Origin: a virus
Lineage: Duplodnaviria > Caudoviricetes
DNA length: 37,659 nucleotides
Direction: 5' to 3' (one strand)
Virus record (IMG/VR): IMGVR_UViG_3300021959_000147
Location: 1-37,659 of that record
Each line of letters begins with the position of its first letter. The first letter of the stretch is position 1. Positions 1 through 10,800 of this stretch are shown here, piece after piece. The notes beneath the pieces were generated by a model, which was given only the letters and a program-made list of their open reading frames with translations, did not search any database and was not told the DNA's origin. Position numbers and translations under genes: made by a program.

Positions 1-195
1 CACGGAACCGGCGAGTACTACGCGTCGATCAACATCCCGACGGAAGGCGTTCCGCTTCCCGTGCAGAACGCGTTCTTCAAAGAGACGCGATGGCGAGCAG
101 ACCGCTCGCGAAAGAACATGGAAATCATTACAATCGAAGCCGCGGTGCGAATCATTCGCGCCCTTGACACCCCAACCTCGGAGAACCACCGATGA
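1..195 (+). CDS. Hypothetical protein, 5'-truncated by window edge
   Basis: Frame 1 is open from base 1 (HGTGEYYASINIP...TSENHR*) to TGA 193-195, overlapping the next ATG as ATGA. Confidence 0.6.
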   Translation, partial: HGTGEYYASINIPTEGVPLPVQNAFFKETRWRADRSRKNMEIITIEAAVRIIRALDTPTSENHR

Positions 196-821
196 AGAAT
201 CTCGAAGATCACACCAAAGCAGAGAACGTCGCACGCCTTGTCTACACACAGCTGTGCAGCTGGTACGAGGGCCTCAAGACCTACCGTCGATTCGAAGACG
301 GGCCTAGCAACGGCCCCGTGCAACTCCTCACCAGCGGCGGCCCTCCCCGCATTCAGGCCGGATCCGGAAAGTACTTGTCTGAATTCAAAATCGAATTCTT
401 CGGAGACAACGTACGCATCACGGAGCTTGCGCAGAACAAGAACGTCTTTGTTTCTGGATACTCCGAGGCCGCGACCATCACCCTCATCTCAGAAGCAATC
501 GTCTGTCACGATTTCACGCAGTGCCTTGCGAACGCTTACGAGAAAGTTGCACACGAGATTCGTCGCACCGGCGAAACGCCTCCGGCTACGAGAGCAAGAG
601 CGGCCGTCACCGCAATGCAAGTCCTTCGGAATGTGCAATCCGACTGGCTCATGCAGAACCTGTATCTTGAATACATCGAAGTCGAGAACAATCAGGATGA
701 TGCGACTGGCGTCCTCGCGAAGATCACCGGAGCGTTCGAGCAACTGAGGCTTGAGGTTTCCGATCGAGACGCGGAAGAAGAAGAAGACCGCCGTCGCGAA
801 TGGGCGGAGGGTCGAGGATGA
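192..821 (+). CDS. Hypothetical protein (209 aa)
   Basis: Protein-like composition, GGAG upstream, ATGA overlaps at both ends. Confidence 0.75.
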   Translation: MKNLEDHTKAENVARLVYTQLCSWYEGLKTYRRFEDGPSNGPVQLLTSGGPPRIQAGSGKYLSEFKIEFFGDNVRITELAQNKNVFVSGYSEAATITLISEAIVCHDFTQCLANAYEKVAHEIRRTGETPPATRARAAVTAMQVLRNVQSDWLMQNLYLEYIEVENNQDDATGVLAKITGAFEQLRLEVSDRDAEEEEDRRREWAEGRG

Positions 822-940
822 AACAGTCGGAAGAAACTAATCTCGGGCCTCGACCGCAGTGCGACTGCGGCCGGGGGCCGCAAGAAGACGAAGGCATGTG
901 TATCGATTGCATTCAGGAAAGAGAGGCCGACATTGTCTAG
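818..940 (+). CDS. Small Cys-rich, putative Zn-binding protein (40 aa; not in ORF track)
   Basis: ATG 818 overlaps previous TGA; MKQSEETNLGPRPQCDCGRGPQEDEGMCIDCIQEREADIV* has CxC and CxxC; fills the gap between neighbours. Confidence 0.55.
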   Translation: MKQSEETNLGPRPQCDCGRGPQEDEGMCIDCIQEREADIV

Positions 941-1148
941 TGCAAACATGATGAGAACCGCAGTGCTCAGCAGCCTGCGGAACCAACGAAAGAGCCGGTA
1001 CTGGCTGGCGAACAAACTCGCTGCGAACGGCGTCTGTGGAACCGACGCGGTCTACCGCTGGCTCCGCGGATCAAACGACACCACGACGGCAGTCGCGCAC
1101 GCCGCGATGAAAGAGCTCAAGTGTTCCGTGGTTCCTGAGCAGGTGTAA
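933..1148 (+). CDS. Cro/XRE-like helix-turn-helix protein (start may be ATG 948)
   Basis: SRYWLANKL...DAVYRWLRG pattern and size fit a Cro-type HTH. Confidence 0.6.
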   Translation: MSSANMMRTAVLSSLRNQRKSRYWLANKLAANGVCGTDAVYRWLRGSNDTTTAVAHAAMKELKCSVVPEQV

Positions 1149-1536
1149 AGAAAAACGATTCGGACTCCCGGTACTCGGGGTCCAGATGAAACACGAAGCC
1201 GTCGAGCTCATCTAGCTCGACGGCTTTTCTTACCCATCGACGATTGTCTCGGTCCCACCTGAGTCCGCGATCCGCGGCCCACTGGTATCTGACTCGCGAG
1301 TACAGACGCGTGTACAGGAACGTCCCGATCGTCCCCAGCTTCGGGTCGAATTTCTCGTCGACCAGATCGACCGCGGATATGTACGCAGCGGAAGCCACGT
1401 CATCAGGAGACCAGCCATCGAAATATCCGCGGACGTGCATTCGCATCGACCACGCCAGAACGAGGCGATAGTTCTTGCGAACAAGCTCTTCGGATTCCGC
1501 CGGCGTCGACTGACGCGTCCGCTTCGGGGATCGCAT
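1117..1536 (-). CDS. Sigma70 region 2-like protein lacking region 4 (139 aa)
   Basis: ELVRKNYRLVLAW...DDVASAAYISAVDLVDEKFDPKLGTIGTFLYTRL resembles sigma70 region 2 (LV..NLRLV...DL.QEG..GL..AVEKFDP.RG..FSTY); ATG 1536 in TAATG overlap. Confidence 0.62.
   Translation of the reverse strand: MRSPKRTRQSTPAESEELVRKNYRLVLAWSMRMHVRGYFDGWSPDDVASAAYISAVDLVDEKFDPKLGTIGTFLYTRLYSRVRYQWAADRGLRWDRDNRRWVRKAVELDELDGFVFHLDPEYRESESFFFTPAQEPRNT
1147..1183 (-). terminator. Possible intrinsic terminator for the minus-strand transcript
   Basis: Bulged stem 1162-1170/1176-1183 followed on minus strand by TTTTTCTTT, but with an atypical 6-nt gap. Confidence 0.3.
1196..1231 (+). terminator. Intrinsic terminator for the plus-strand block
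   Basis: Perfect 13-bp inverted repeat AAGCCGTCGAGCT-catct-AGCTCGACGGCTT running into TTTTCTT, ~50 nt after the last plus-strand gene. Confidence 0.7.
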
Positions 1537-1838
1537 TAGCTTTCCCCGCTTCTCAACATCTCCAAATACTCGTCGACCGACTTGGCCGGCGTCATCGCGT
1601 CGACCGCCTTGCCCCGGTCTCGCTCTTCCTCGCGAACTGCGTACCACCTGCCACCGAGCCTCTTCATCGTGTTGAGAACGATTCTCTCCTGATCCTCGCG
1701 GGGCAAGCTGGTGAAGTGCTCGATGATCGCGTCGAGCACCTCCGACCTGTTCGCGTTCAGAGACACGGAGAGGCTCGCCACGGCGTCCGACAGGTGGCAG
1801 GCTACCCTGACCACCTTGGAGGGCCGGCCGTACGTCAC
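1536..1838 (-). CDS. Putative ribbon-helix-helix DNA-binding protein
   Basis: KVVRV strand followed by helices and NRSEVLDAII; GTGA overlap with giant gene stop. Confidence 0.5.
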   Translation of the reverse strand: MTYGRPSKVVRVACHLSDAVASLSVSLNANRSEVLDAIIEHFTSLPREDQERIVLNTMKRLGGRWYAVREEERDRGKAVDAMTPAKSVDEYLEMLRSGES

Positions 1839-4800
1839 AGGTCGCCTCCGGCGTCGACGTACGCCTTGATCAGGCTCTTCATCGTTTCCGCGATCTGATC
1901 CTTCACTCGGATCAGCTGATCAGAAGCACGAGCTCGCTCGGTTCCTCTGGAAAGCGAGCGAATCTTGTCGGTCAGATCACGCTCCTTCGACTTCAGTTTC
2001 CGCAGCCGGCTTTCGACCGACTTCGCCTTCGCTTGCATCTTCGGACTGCCGTCGACGGTGTCCCGAACAGCCTTGGCCATTGAAGGCTGTTCGCCCTCGT
2101 ACGTCTTCATCCTGACCTTGGCACTCCGAACGCGATCCCTCACCTCGTAGTAGAAGGTCGGGTACGGATTGTCCGGCCCCTTGCCGATGAACTTTCGCAG
2201 GCCGGGTACACCCTTCGCGTCGGGGAGGTCGTCGCCGAACACCGCCGACTTGTAGAGGTCGATGCCAAGAACCGCAAGCCGCTCGATGTTTCGAAGGGAC
2301 GATCCTCCGAATGTGCCGGCGAGGTACTCCCACACCTGAGGTTGCATGTCGATCGCGCCGCGGACGGCAATGTCTCCCCCGGTCAGGTGATTGATCAACT
2401 TCGCGGTGCTGTTCCAATCAATCCCGTATCGCTCTCCCGCAGATCCGATCTCCGATCGGACGGCGCCGCCGGTCTGAAGAGGCTGGTCCCCGTAGTAAAC
2501 GGGACGCCCCGTCCAACTGCGGTTCGCGATGATATCGATCGCCGCGTCTCCCATGTCTGGCAACAACGCACGCATCAATCCGTGAGCAGAATTCATCGGA
2601 GTTCCCGACACCGGGTTGAAAGCAGTCGCGTAGGAATTCGCAACCTCGCCAGCGATATCGAGCGGATTCTTCACGCCGTACGCAACTTCGACCATTCCGA
2701 ACCCAAGCTGCACCGGGATCTCTAGCCCGTACTGAAGTGGGATCTTGCTGTACTTAATCTTTCCGTTTTCGTCTCGACCCCAAGGGATGATGATGTTCCG
2801 TCGACGCTCGTACTCTGGGATCTGTTCGAGGTAATCAGGGACGCCGCTCTCGTCTTCGTCTTCTCCGCCGATTGCCATCATGGCGAAGGCCGACAACGTA
2901 CCCATTGCGGTGAGGCCACCGAACACTGCACGAGCCGGCCCCTTCCCTGTGTACAGGCCCTTCATGGTCTGCTGGTAGTTGCGGACGTTGCCCTGCACCG
3001 TTGCATTGAAGAACGCGAACACTGAGCTGAGCGGCCCGCCGAACGAGCCCTTCTTCGAGAAGTCCACCGTCAGGTTTCGAGCCATGACGCCGGCCTCTTC
3101 AGCCGACATTCCGTTCTCCCGGAGCGTCACGTAATAGCTGAACCGCCACATGTTGTCGCCGAGGTCATTCAGAACCGAGTACGTCTCGACGAACATACGG
3201 TGCATCAGGGCGGCGCCCTCGCGGACATTCGTCTCAGGTCCGGACTTGCTCAGCCGTTCCATTGCCGTGATCGTCTTGTCGACAGTCAAAGAATTGAACC
3301 ACTGCTGCTTCGCCCCTACATCCCGAAACTCCTGCCACTCCTTCGCAAGAGGACCGATCGCCTCGTTTTCTTCAGTGACATCAGCTTCGAGGTCAGGACG
3401 AACCCTTGCCCTCCACTCGCTCCTCGCGATCGTCTTCATCACCGCAGGCATTCGCTTCATCATCTGCTTCCGCATCTGATTCGGATTCATCAGACCCTGC
3501 TCTGAAGCTGCGATCATTGCGGTCTCTCCATCTAGGAGAGGCTGCCTGATCGTGAAGTCAATCGACATCCACTGCGTCGACGTGAACCGAAGCATGCTCG
3601 TGAAGATTCGGGCTGGAGAGAAGAGGAGATACACCACGGCGGAATTCCGGCTCATGTCTTGGCCGGCGTCGAGCTTCTTGATCAGCAGCTCGTCGTTGAT
3701 CTTCAGGTAGATCGTTTCGCCACGCTCGTACAGCACGCCGTCGATCTCTCGGGTCTCTTCGATTCGAACCGGGATCATCGTCTGCGGGTCTGGTTCCATC
3801 TTCTTCACCACGACCCTGTCCTTCTGCCCCTCCTCCTTGTGCATCACTCGCTTCTCAAGATCCTTCGTGGTCACGATACTGATGTGCGGGGTCGGGAACT
3901 TCTCGGCCATCCGGAGTAGACGATTGGCGATACGGCTTGTGATCGCTTCGTTTTGTGTCATCACGCGATCAACAAACAACGCCGGCGCCGCACCTCGCAC
4001 GATCGCCTTCACGGTGACTTCTGATTCCGGCCGGCCGAGAGAGTACTTGAGCTTGTCACGTCGACCAGTCGCAATGTCGATCACCGTGCCGACGCCGGAG
4101 CTTCCCTTCGAACGGCGGATCTTGTCCATCGCCGCGTCGACCGGGTCAGTGATGAACGTGCCGCCCTCGCTGCCAGTGACGTTCATGGGGACGTAGTACT
4201 TGTAGCGAGTCGTGATCCTGTCGAAGTCCTCGTTGGTGATCAGGCCAGCGTACTTCGCAATCTTCGCGGTCTCGAACGAGATCTCTTGGAAGTCAACGCA
4301 GATCTCTTCGATCTCTGCCGCCTTGGGGTCTGCCGCGTGCTCTTCAAGGAGTCTGTTGGCGGTCTCATCAGAGATGCCGCAGTTCAGCTTGCTGAGTTCT
4401 TCCTTCGCTTCGGCGCGAACCGAATTGACTTCTCGAATCCGAGCGTTTCGTTCGAGCGCATGGCTTGCTGCCATGAAGCGTCCGATCTGCTCGTTGTTGA
4501 TGCCGGCAGACTTCATTCGCTTCTTGATGCGATTCATCGTCCTCGTGCTGAACTGCCGTGCCTGTTCGGCGGACTGGCCGGGAGCAAGCCGAATCAGCTG
4601 CATCGGATCTTGCTTCTCTGCGATCCTGCTTCCCTTGACTTCTTGGATTCGGCGGATGGTTTCGGTGATCGGATACCACTCGTCTTGGAACATTTCAATC
4701 GTATGAGACCTGATGAAACGCCCGAACGCTCTCGCGTTGTGTCCGATCCCAATGCCGCCCTCGTCCTTGAGCTCTTCACCCCACGACTTGATCGGCTTTT

Positions 4801-7800
4801 CGATTCCCGAGTAGTCGCGACGCATGTATTCAAGCATCGTCTCGTCGGCGTCGGTCGGCTCCTCGTTCATGAACATCTGGAGCGGGCTTCTTGAATCTTC
4901 GATCTGGGATCGGATGTTGTCAGACAGCGAGTCCATGTGGTCGAGTGCGATCAGCCGCTCAACAGCGGCGATCGCAACGTCACCGGGATTCGTGTTCGCG
5001 TTGTACGGGTACTCCACGATCACCTGACGCTTGCCGTCTACCATTGCCGCGACCGCAAGCATTCCATTCTTTCCTTCGACTTCGAAATCGCCGGCCAGAG
5101 CAAGCGATGAACGAACTAGGGCTGGCACCTCGGCCGAGAGCTGGTCCCGGCCTTCCCTGCTAAGGGACAGCGTTCTCGGGTCCTCGGCTCGTTCGGGAAG
5201 GACGGTAACCAGACCGGACTTGGACTTCTTCGAGCCACGCTGCGGGCGTACCGGAGCGAGCAATTCGGCCTGAGTAGGACGCCTTCTCAGGTTGCGAGTT
5301 CTTCCGTCTTCGGTTTCAACCTGTTCGTACTTGTTGAAGTTTCCGCGAACGAACATGTCCACCGGGAACTTCACGCCCCACTCAACGCGGTGCATGGCTT
5401 GGGCTCGATGCCGGCCCTCGTGTCCTGTGATCTCCCAGTACCCGTTCTTCTCATCCCACTCGACGTTCAGGAACGGAGGAGATACAGGCTCACCGTTGCG
5501 AAGCTTCTGTTCGATCGCGTCGGTCCTCTCGTCCTCTTCGACCGGAGGGACCATCGCTAGGAATTCCTTTGCCGTCATCATCTTCGTCATGAAGTACGAC
5601 GCATCAGATTGATCTGGGACGGCGCCCATTCCGATCTCGCGGTCGAGCACGATCGTCTCTCGACGCTGCATGTCGATGAGAGGGCTGGACAGTGTCGGGC
5701 CAGCATCACTGGTAACGATCGACGACTTGATCTGCTCCGGATCGAACACGACGTACACGTCGCCAACTGCTCCGGTTCGGCTTCTCACGATGATGCCGTC
5801 GTAGCCGGCCTCACGCATGAGGTCGTTCATCTGTTCAGATTTCTCTTGAACTCCAAACACCTTTTCGTTCTTCGCAATTCGATCTTTGAACTCGGGGTGG
5901 TTCCGTGCGAATTCCGCACTGATGTTCAGGCGGTTGGCCGATTCGGTGATCAGTGGATTCTTCATCCGCAAGTAGACCGGGAAAGTCCTGCCGCCCTTGG
6001 CCTTCTTTTCGGCTCCAGAGTAAATGTCTGCGACCTCAGGGTCCTCTGTGAAGTACGCACCTACCCCAAGCATCCTCGCGGTTTTCGTACGGAACTTGGT
6101 GAAGTCCTCGGTGGTGACAGGAACAGCACGCATCTCTTCGTCGGTTACTGCCGTGCCAGCGCGGTGGTGCTTCGTCCCGTGGTAGACAACCTTCGGAGAT
6201 CCGTCGGCGTTCGTGACCTTCGACTCGCCGAACCACTCGCGAAACTCCACGGTCGAAACCTCTTGCCGACGTTGCATGTCGATCTCGGGCCGGCCAGTCG
6301 GCTTCTCGTTGAAGATGCCCTTGATCTGGTTCGGGTCGAACGGGATTGCGTACCGCTCATTCGGCCGGCTCGGCCTCGGTGCGATGACCACCACGCCGTC
6401 GTGACCCACGTCCTTCATGGCGTTCTGCATTGCCATGTTGAACTGTCGCTCAGCAACGGCAGACTCGTTGTCTGGATCGTTGAAGGTGTCGATTGAAATC
6501 AGAGACGTGAGAGTCTCTCGAATCGACGAGGTATCGTAGTCAGGGTGCTTGTCTTCGAACGCCTTGAGCAGAAAAGTCTGTGCTCTTCCGCTTCTTGACC
6601 TTGCACCAATCCGTTCGAGGAACTTCTCGTCTGAACGGTCAAACACGAACGGCTTCTCGATCCGGATGTATGCGGGTATGACCCGCTGGCCCGCTTCGGC
6701 GCCGGAGTACGCATACTTCGCGTAGTTGTTCGCTGTGGTCGGATCGTCCGTGAAGTACGCTCCGGCTCCGTAGACGGTCGCACCCTGTCGGCCCTTCACG
6801 TCGAACACGTTGAAATCTTCAGGCGATCCCGTGCCGTGATAGAAGACGGCAGGCATTCCTTCGGCGTCCGTGAGAACGCTGTTGCCGAACCACGCCTTGA
6901 ACTGCGGCGAGGTCGGGTCCGACTCCCGTCGCTGGAACTCGATGCCGATGTTCTCGACCGTCTCTCGAACAGACTCAACAGCCTCCGCTACTTCTCGGTG
7001 GAATCGTTCGTTGCGCGACTTGATCCCTTGAATTGCATGGTGGACGCGGAATGCTCGGGACTTCCCAATAGCCGTCGCCAGCGTTCGAGGTACTGCTCCC
7101 TTGATATTCCCAACCGAGCGGCGCAAACTTCTTCGTGCTTCGAGGCCGCGGCGGAGCGCGTCCTCAGTAAGGCGTCCGACTTCTTCTGCCTCTCGTGCAG
7201 AGAGGGATCTCCTCCACTCTGAATTCTCCTTGATGTCGGCATCAACCATCTCCTTGAGTATTTTTTCGCCGTTGTAGTTGCCGTCTTCGGCCGTGTCACC
7301 CTGAATCAAATTCGTTTCGCAAACTGTCCGGACGTATCCAAGCTCGATTCCAAGATCAGATTCGAGCTCCGAGACAAACGACGGGTCAACAACGTCATTG
7401 ACCACGGTGATCATAGTCCCCGTCGCGGTCACTTGCATGTTCCAGAAAACAAACTCTCGACCGTTCGGGTTCTCTTCCACGTATCGGTTCAGGCGGCCGA
7501 GCTTGTCAGCGCTCAACTCAACGCCCGCGGTACTGAGTAGCGTCGCATAAACCTGCCGCTCTCCGAAAGCAGGCGAGTCGATGTCCGCCGGCGGCGGCAA
7601 CGGCCGAGACATCCCGATCGACTTCTCGCCGAGCGCGTAGCCAAGCAGTGACATGAACACATCCTGCTGTTCGAAGTTCATGCCGTACATGTTCAAGCGA
7701 AGGTTCGGAGTGATCACGCCTTCGAAGTAACCGCCGACGCCCGAGCCGGACTTCCTCAGGCCCCAGTTGCTGTTGAAGATCTTGACGCCGCTCTTCGTGG

Positions 7801-10800
7801 GCAGCGTGACCTTGCCAGTTTTCTCGTCCACCTTGAACTCTGGGGTCTGCCCTCCGACGACGATGGTGTCCCGGGTGGTATCAAACCCAGCGGTGGAGTT
7901 GGGATTGACTCCGGTAGTCTCCGATCTGGCCGCGAATTGTGCTTCCAAGGCGTCGATCATTTCAGGGTCGGCGCCGCTCGCTCGCATTCGAGCAATCTTC
8001 AGCATCTCGTCCTTGGTCGCCTTCGTCATTGGCCCCGGGAGAAGAGCCGCGTACAGGCCATCCATGTACCCGTTCGTCTTCGTGCTTTTCAGAGTCGCTT
8101 CTTCGCCGGTCAGGAATTTGGCGTTCTGTGTTCTGCTGTAGTAAACGTCACCCTTCTGTGCGTTGCCTGCAAGGAAGGCCAGCATTCTGTTGATGACCTC
8201 GTAGACCGCGTACCTAGCCTTGAGCAGCTCCTCCCGCTCGGAACTGGTCAGCGGGGCTTCGCCTGAATCGTCGGCCTTGAGAGCCGCGTCAATCGCCCGA
8301 CGAAGAGATCGCTCGCTGCCCTTGTCGTTCGTAGGCCCGCCGACTTCGAGACTGATGGCCGCGGCTTCCTTTGCCTCGACCGAAGGCTGAAGGATCTTGG
8401 AGAAGTCATCTTCCGTTGCTGCCACGTTGAGGTCGATGCCCTTCGTGCCGTCATCCAAAGTGATCACGGACTCGGAGCCATTCAACTCAAGCAAACCGAT
8501 GGCACTGTCCATCGCCTCATCGAACGTACCGCTGTCCGAAAGATGAGACCAAGGGTACGCCTGAAGCTGCCACGGCGTCCAAGGCGTGAGCAGTGATTCG
8601 TCAGCCAAGGTCGCGTTTCTATCAGCGGCTCGCTCGGACGCGTCCGCAAACTCTTGAGATTCGCGGACCCTTCGGTTCACCTCTTCCGCAAGCCTTGCGT
8701 TGTAGATCGCCGTGTACAGGTACGCGTACGGGTTGTTGAATGCGGCGTTGTCCCCACCGATCTTGCCGGTCTTCGTGTTGTACTTCCGCATCCCGAACAT
8801 ATACGCGACCCAGATGTCGTTAGTCGACAGCGGTATGTCCGTGATTTCTCCTGCCAAGAACGACATCGTGTCGCCAAACGACGACGCCTTGTACGAGTTC
8901 GATCGTTCGTATTCTCCTGCGATTGCCGTCCGAGTCAGGTCGGGGGTCGGGAGAGAAACGAAGCTGTATCCCTTGGATTCGTAATCCGCAGCAATTGAGT
9001 ATGCCCGGAAGAAGTTGTCCTGCACGGGAGTCAAGGGGCTCGTGGCAGAGAGCAGGTCTGAAATCTTCCGAATGCTGTTCGTGGAAGAGAAGACCGTCCT
9101 GCTTCGGATCGCGTCGCCGCTCGCCTCGTACCAGAACCTCTTGTCTTCACGGAGAGACTCGTCCGCGAACGAAGCGTTCAGCATGTCCGCGTCCATGATC
9201 GGGAACGAGTCAGAGACGTTGTCGCTCATGCGAACATCAGTCAGCGAGTTGTCCCCCTTGAACTCTTCGACAAACGCTCGGCTCGCACTTTCGAGAGCGA
9301 GGGGCGACGAAGAACGCATGTCCTCGATCGCTTGATCTCGGATCTTCTCCATGTCTTCTTGAGTGAACGTCCCCACCGGGTAGACCACCCGCACGCCGCG
9401 TAGGGATCGGTCGTGAGCGACCGTCCCCAACGCGAGCGACGGCTCTTGGCCCGGCTCGTACGGCAAGGGTACGCCACCGGCACGGAGGTCCGCAGAAACG
9501 AAGTCCCTGAGATCCTCGGTGACCACCGCATCCTTCGACCCAACTCCACCAAGATGCTTGCCTCGCTCTTGGTACTCAATCTCTGGCCGGCCGGGCCAGT
9601 CCTCGACATCAAGGCCCTTCTCGGCTGTAACCCACGAGGGGAACTTGACAATCTTCTGCTCGGAGTACGGTCGATCCTTCGGGTGGACGAAGTCAGGATC
9701 ACTGAGCTCAGGAAGCGTGCCGTCTTCACGACGAAGATGCGGGCCGTAGTTGACCCAAGAGTTCTGGCCTCGGGTCTCGCTCGTCATTGCGGCGCGGGCC
9801 GCCGGCGTAAACATTTGAACGTGCTGCCTCCACGCGTTCTCTTCGCCTCGGGGTCCGAACTGGTGACCCTCCTTTGCGTGACCGAAGATGTCGTGGACTG
9901 CGCGGAACAAGTCGTTCACCAACTGCACATGCGGCACGCCCTCGGAGTCGAGCACTGTGCCGCCGGCCTTTCGAAGCAGGGGGTTCTGCTTGATCAGTTG
10001 ATCCATCTCAATCCGACCAGAGCCGAACGAGTCTTGTTCTCCAAGAGTCTTGTAGTAGTAGATCCTCTTGTTGTCGCGAACGTCCTGAATCATCTCGCGA
10101 CTGTTCCGGTACGGCTGGCCCTGCGAGCCCCACGGAATCATCTGGTATCCGGCGTCGCGAAGAGACTTGTACTGGCCGATCACTTCGCGGGCCATCGCCT
10201 TGTGCGACTCGACCATCTTGGGGTCGGCGAACGAGTCAGGGGCAGAGTCGAACATGTCAGCGATCACGCGAGCTCGGTCGGTGTCGACCGACACCACGCC
10301 CTCGCGGCTCTTGCTCTCGTCGTAATCGATGTTCGCGTCGAGTGCGTAGCTAGCCGCGATCGCACGGATGCCAGAGTTCGGCTCGTGCCGACCCCTCGCT
10401 TGCATCTCAACGTCGGCCGCGTCGCCTTCGATGCGGCCAGATGGCACGGTCGACGAGGTGACCTCGGCGGACATCGCGTCGAAGTCGCGGATGATCAGGT
10501 TCTCAAGCGTGCCGCCTCGACGCCTCGCCATGAGGCGGCGGAGGCGATCGCGAGTCCGCTGAAAGATCGACGCGTCCTTGTCGTACATCGAGACCAAGCC
10601 GGCCCGACGCATTCCCTCTCGGTCAGTCAACTGTTCTGCACGAAGCTCGCGGTCTCGGTTTCGGCCTTCGGCAGATCCCTGAATCCCAGCCAACAGACGG
10701 TCGAGGTTTTCTTCGGAGCCGTGCGTCGTGCGGAGGTACTTGTCGACCGCCGCAATCGTCCCCGGCTTGCCGTCGCCTTCGATATCTCGGGCGTGAATGT

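Noticed and set aside
5250-5659. ParB-like domain as a plasmid-prophage partition system
   Set aside because: Only the N-terminal domain embedded in the giant protein; no ParA, HTH or parS repeats seen
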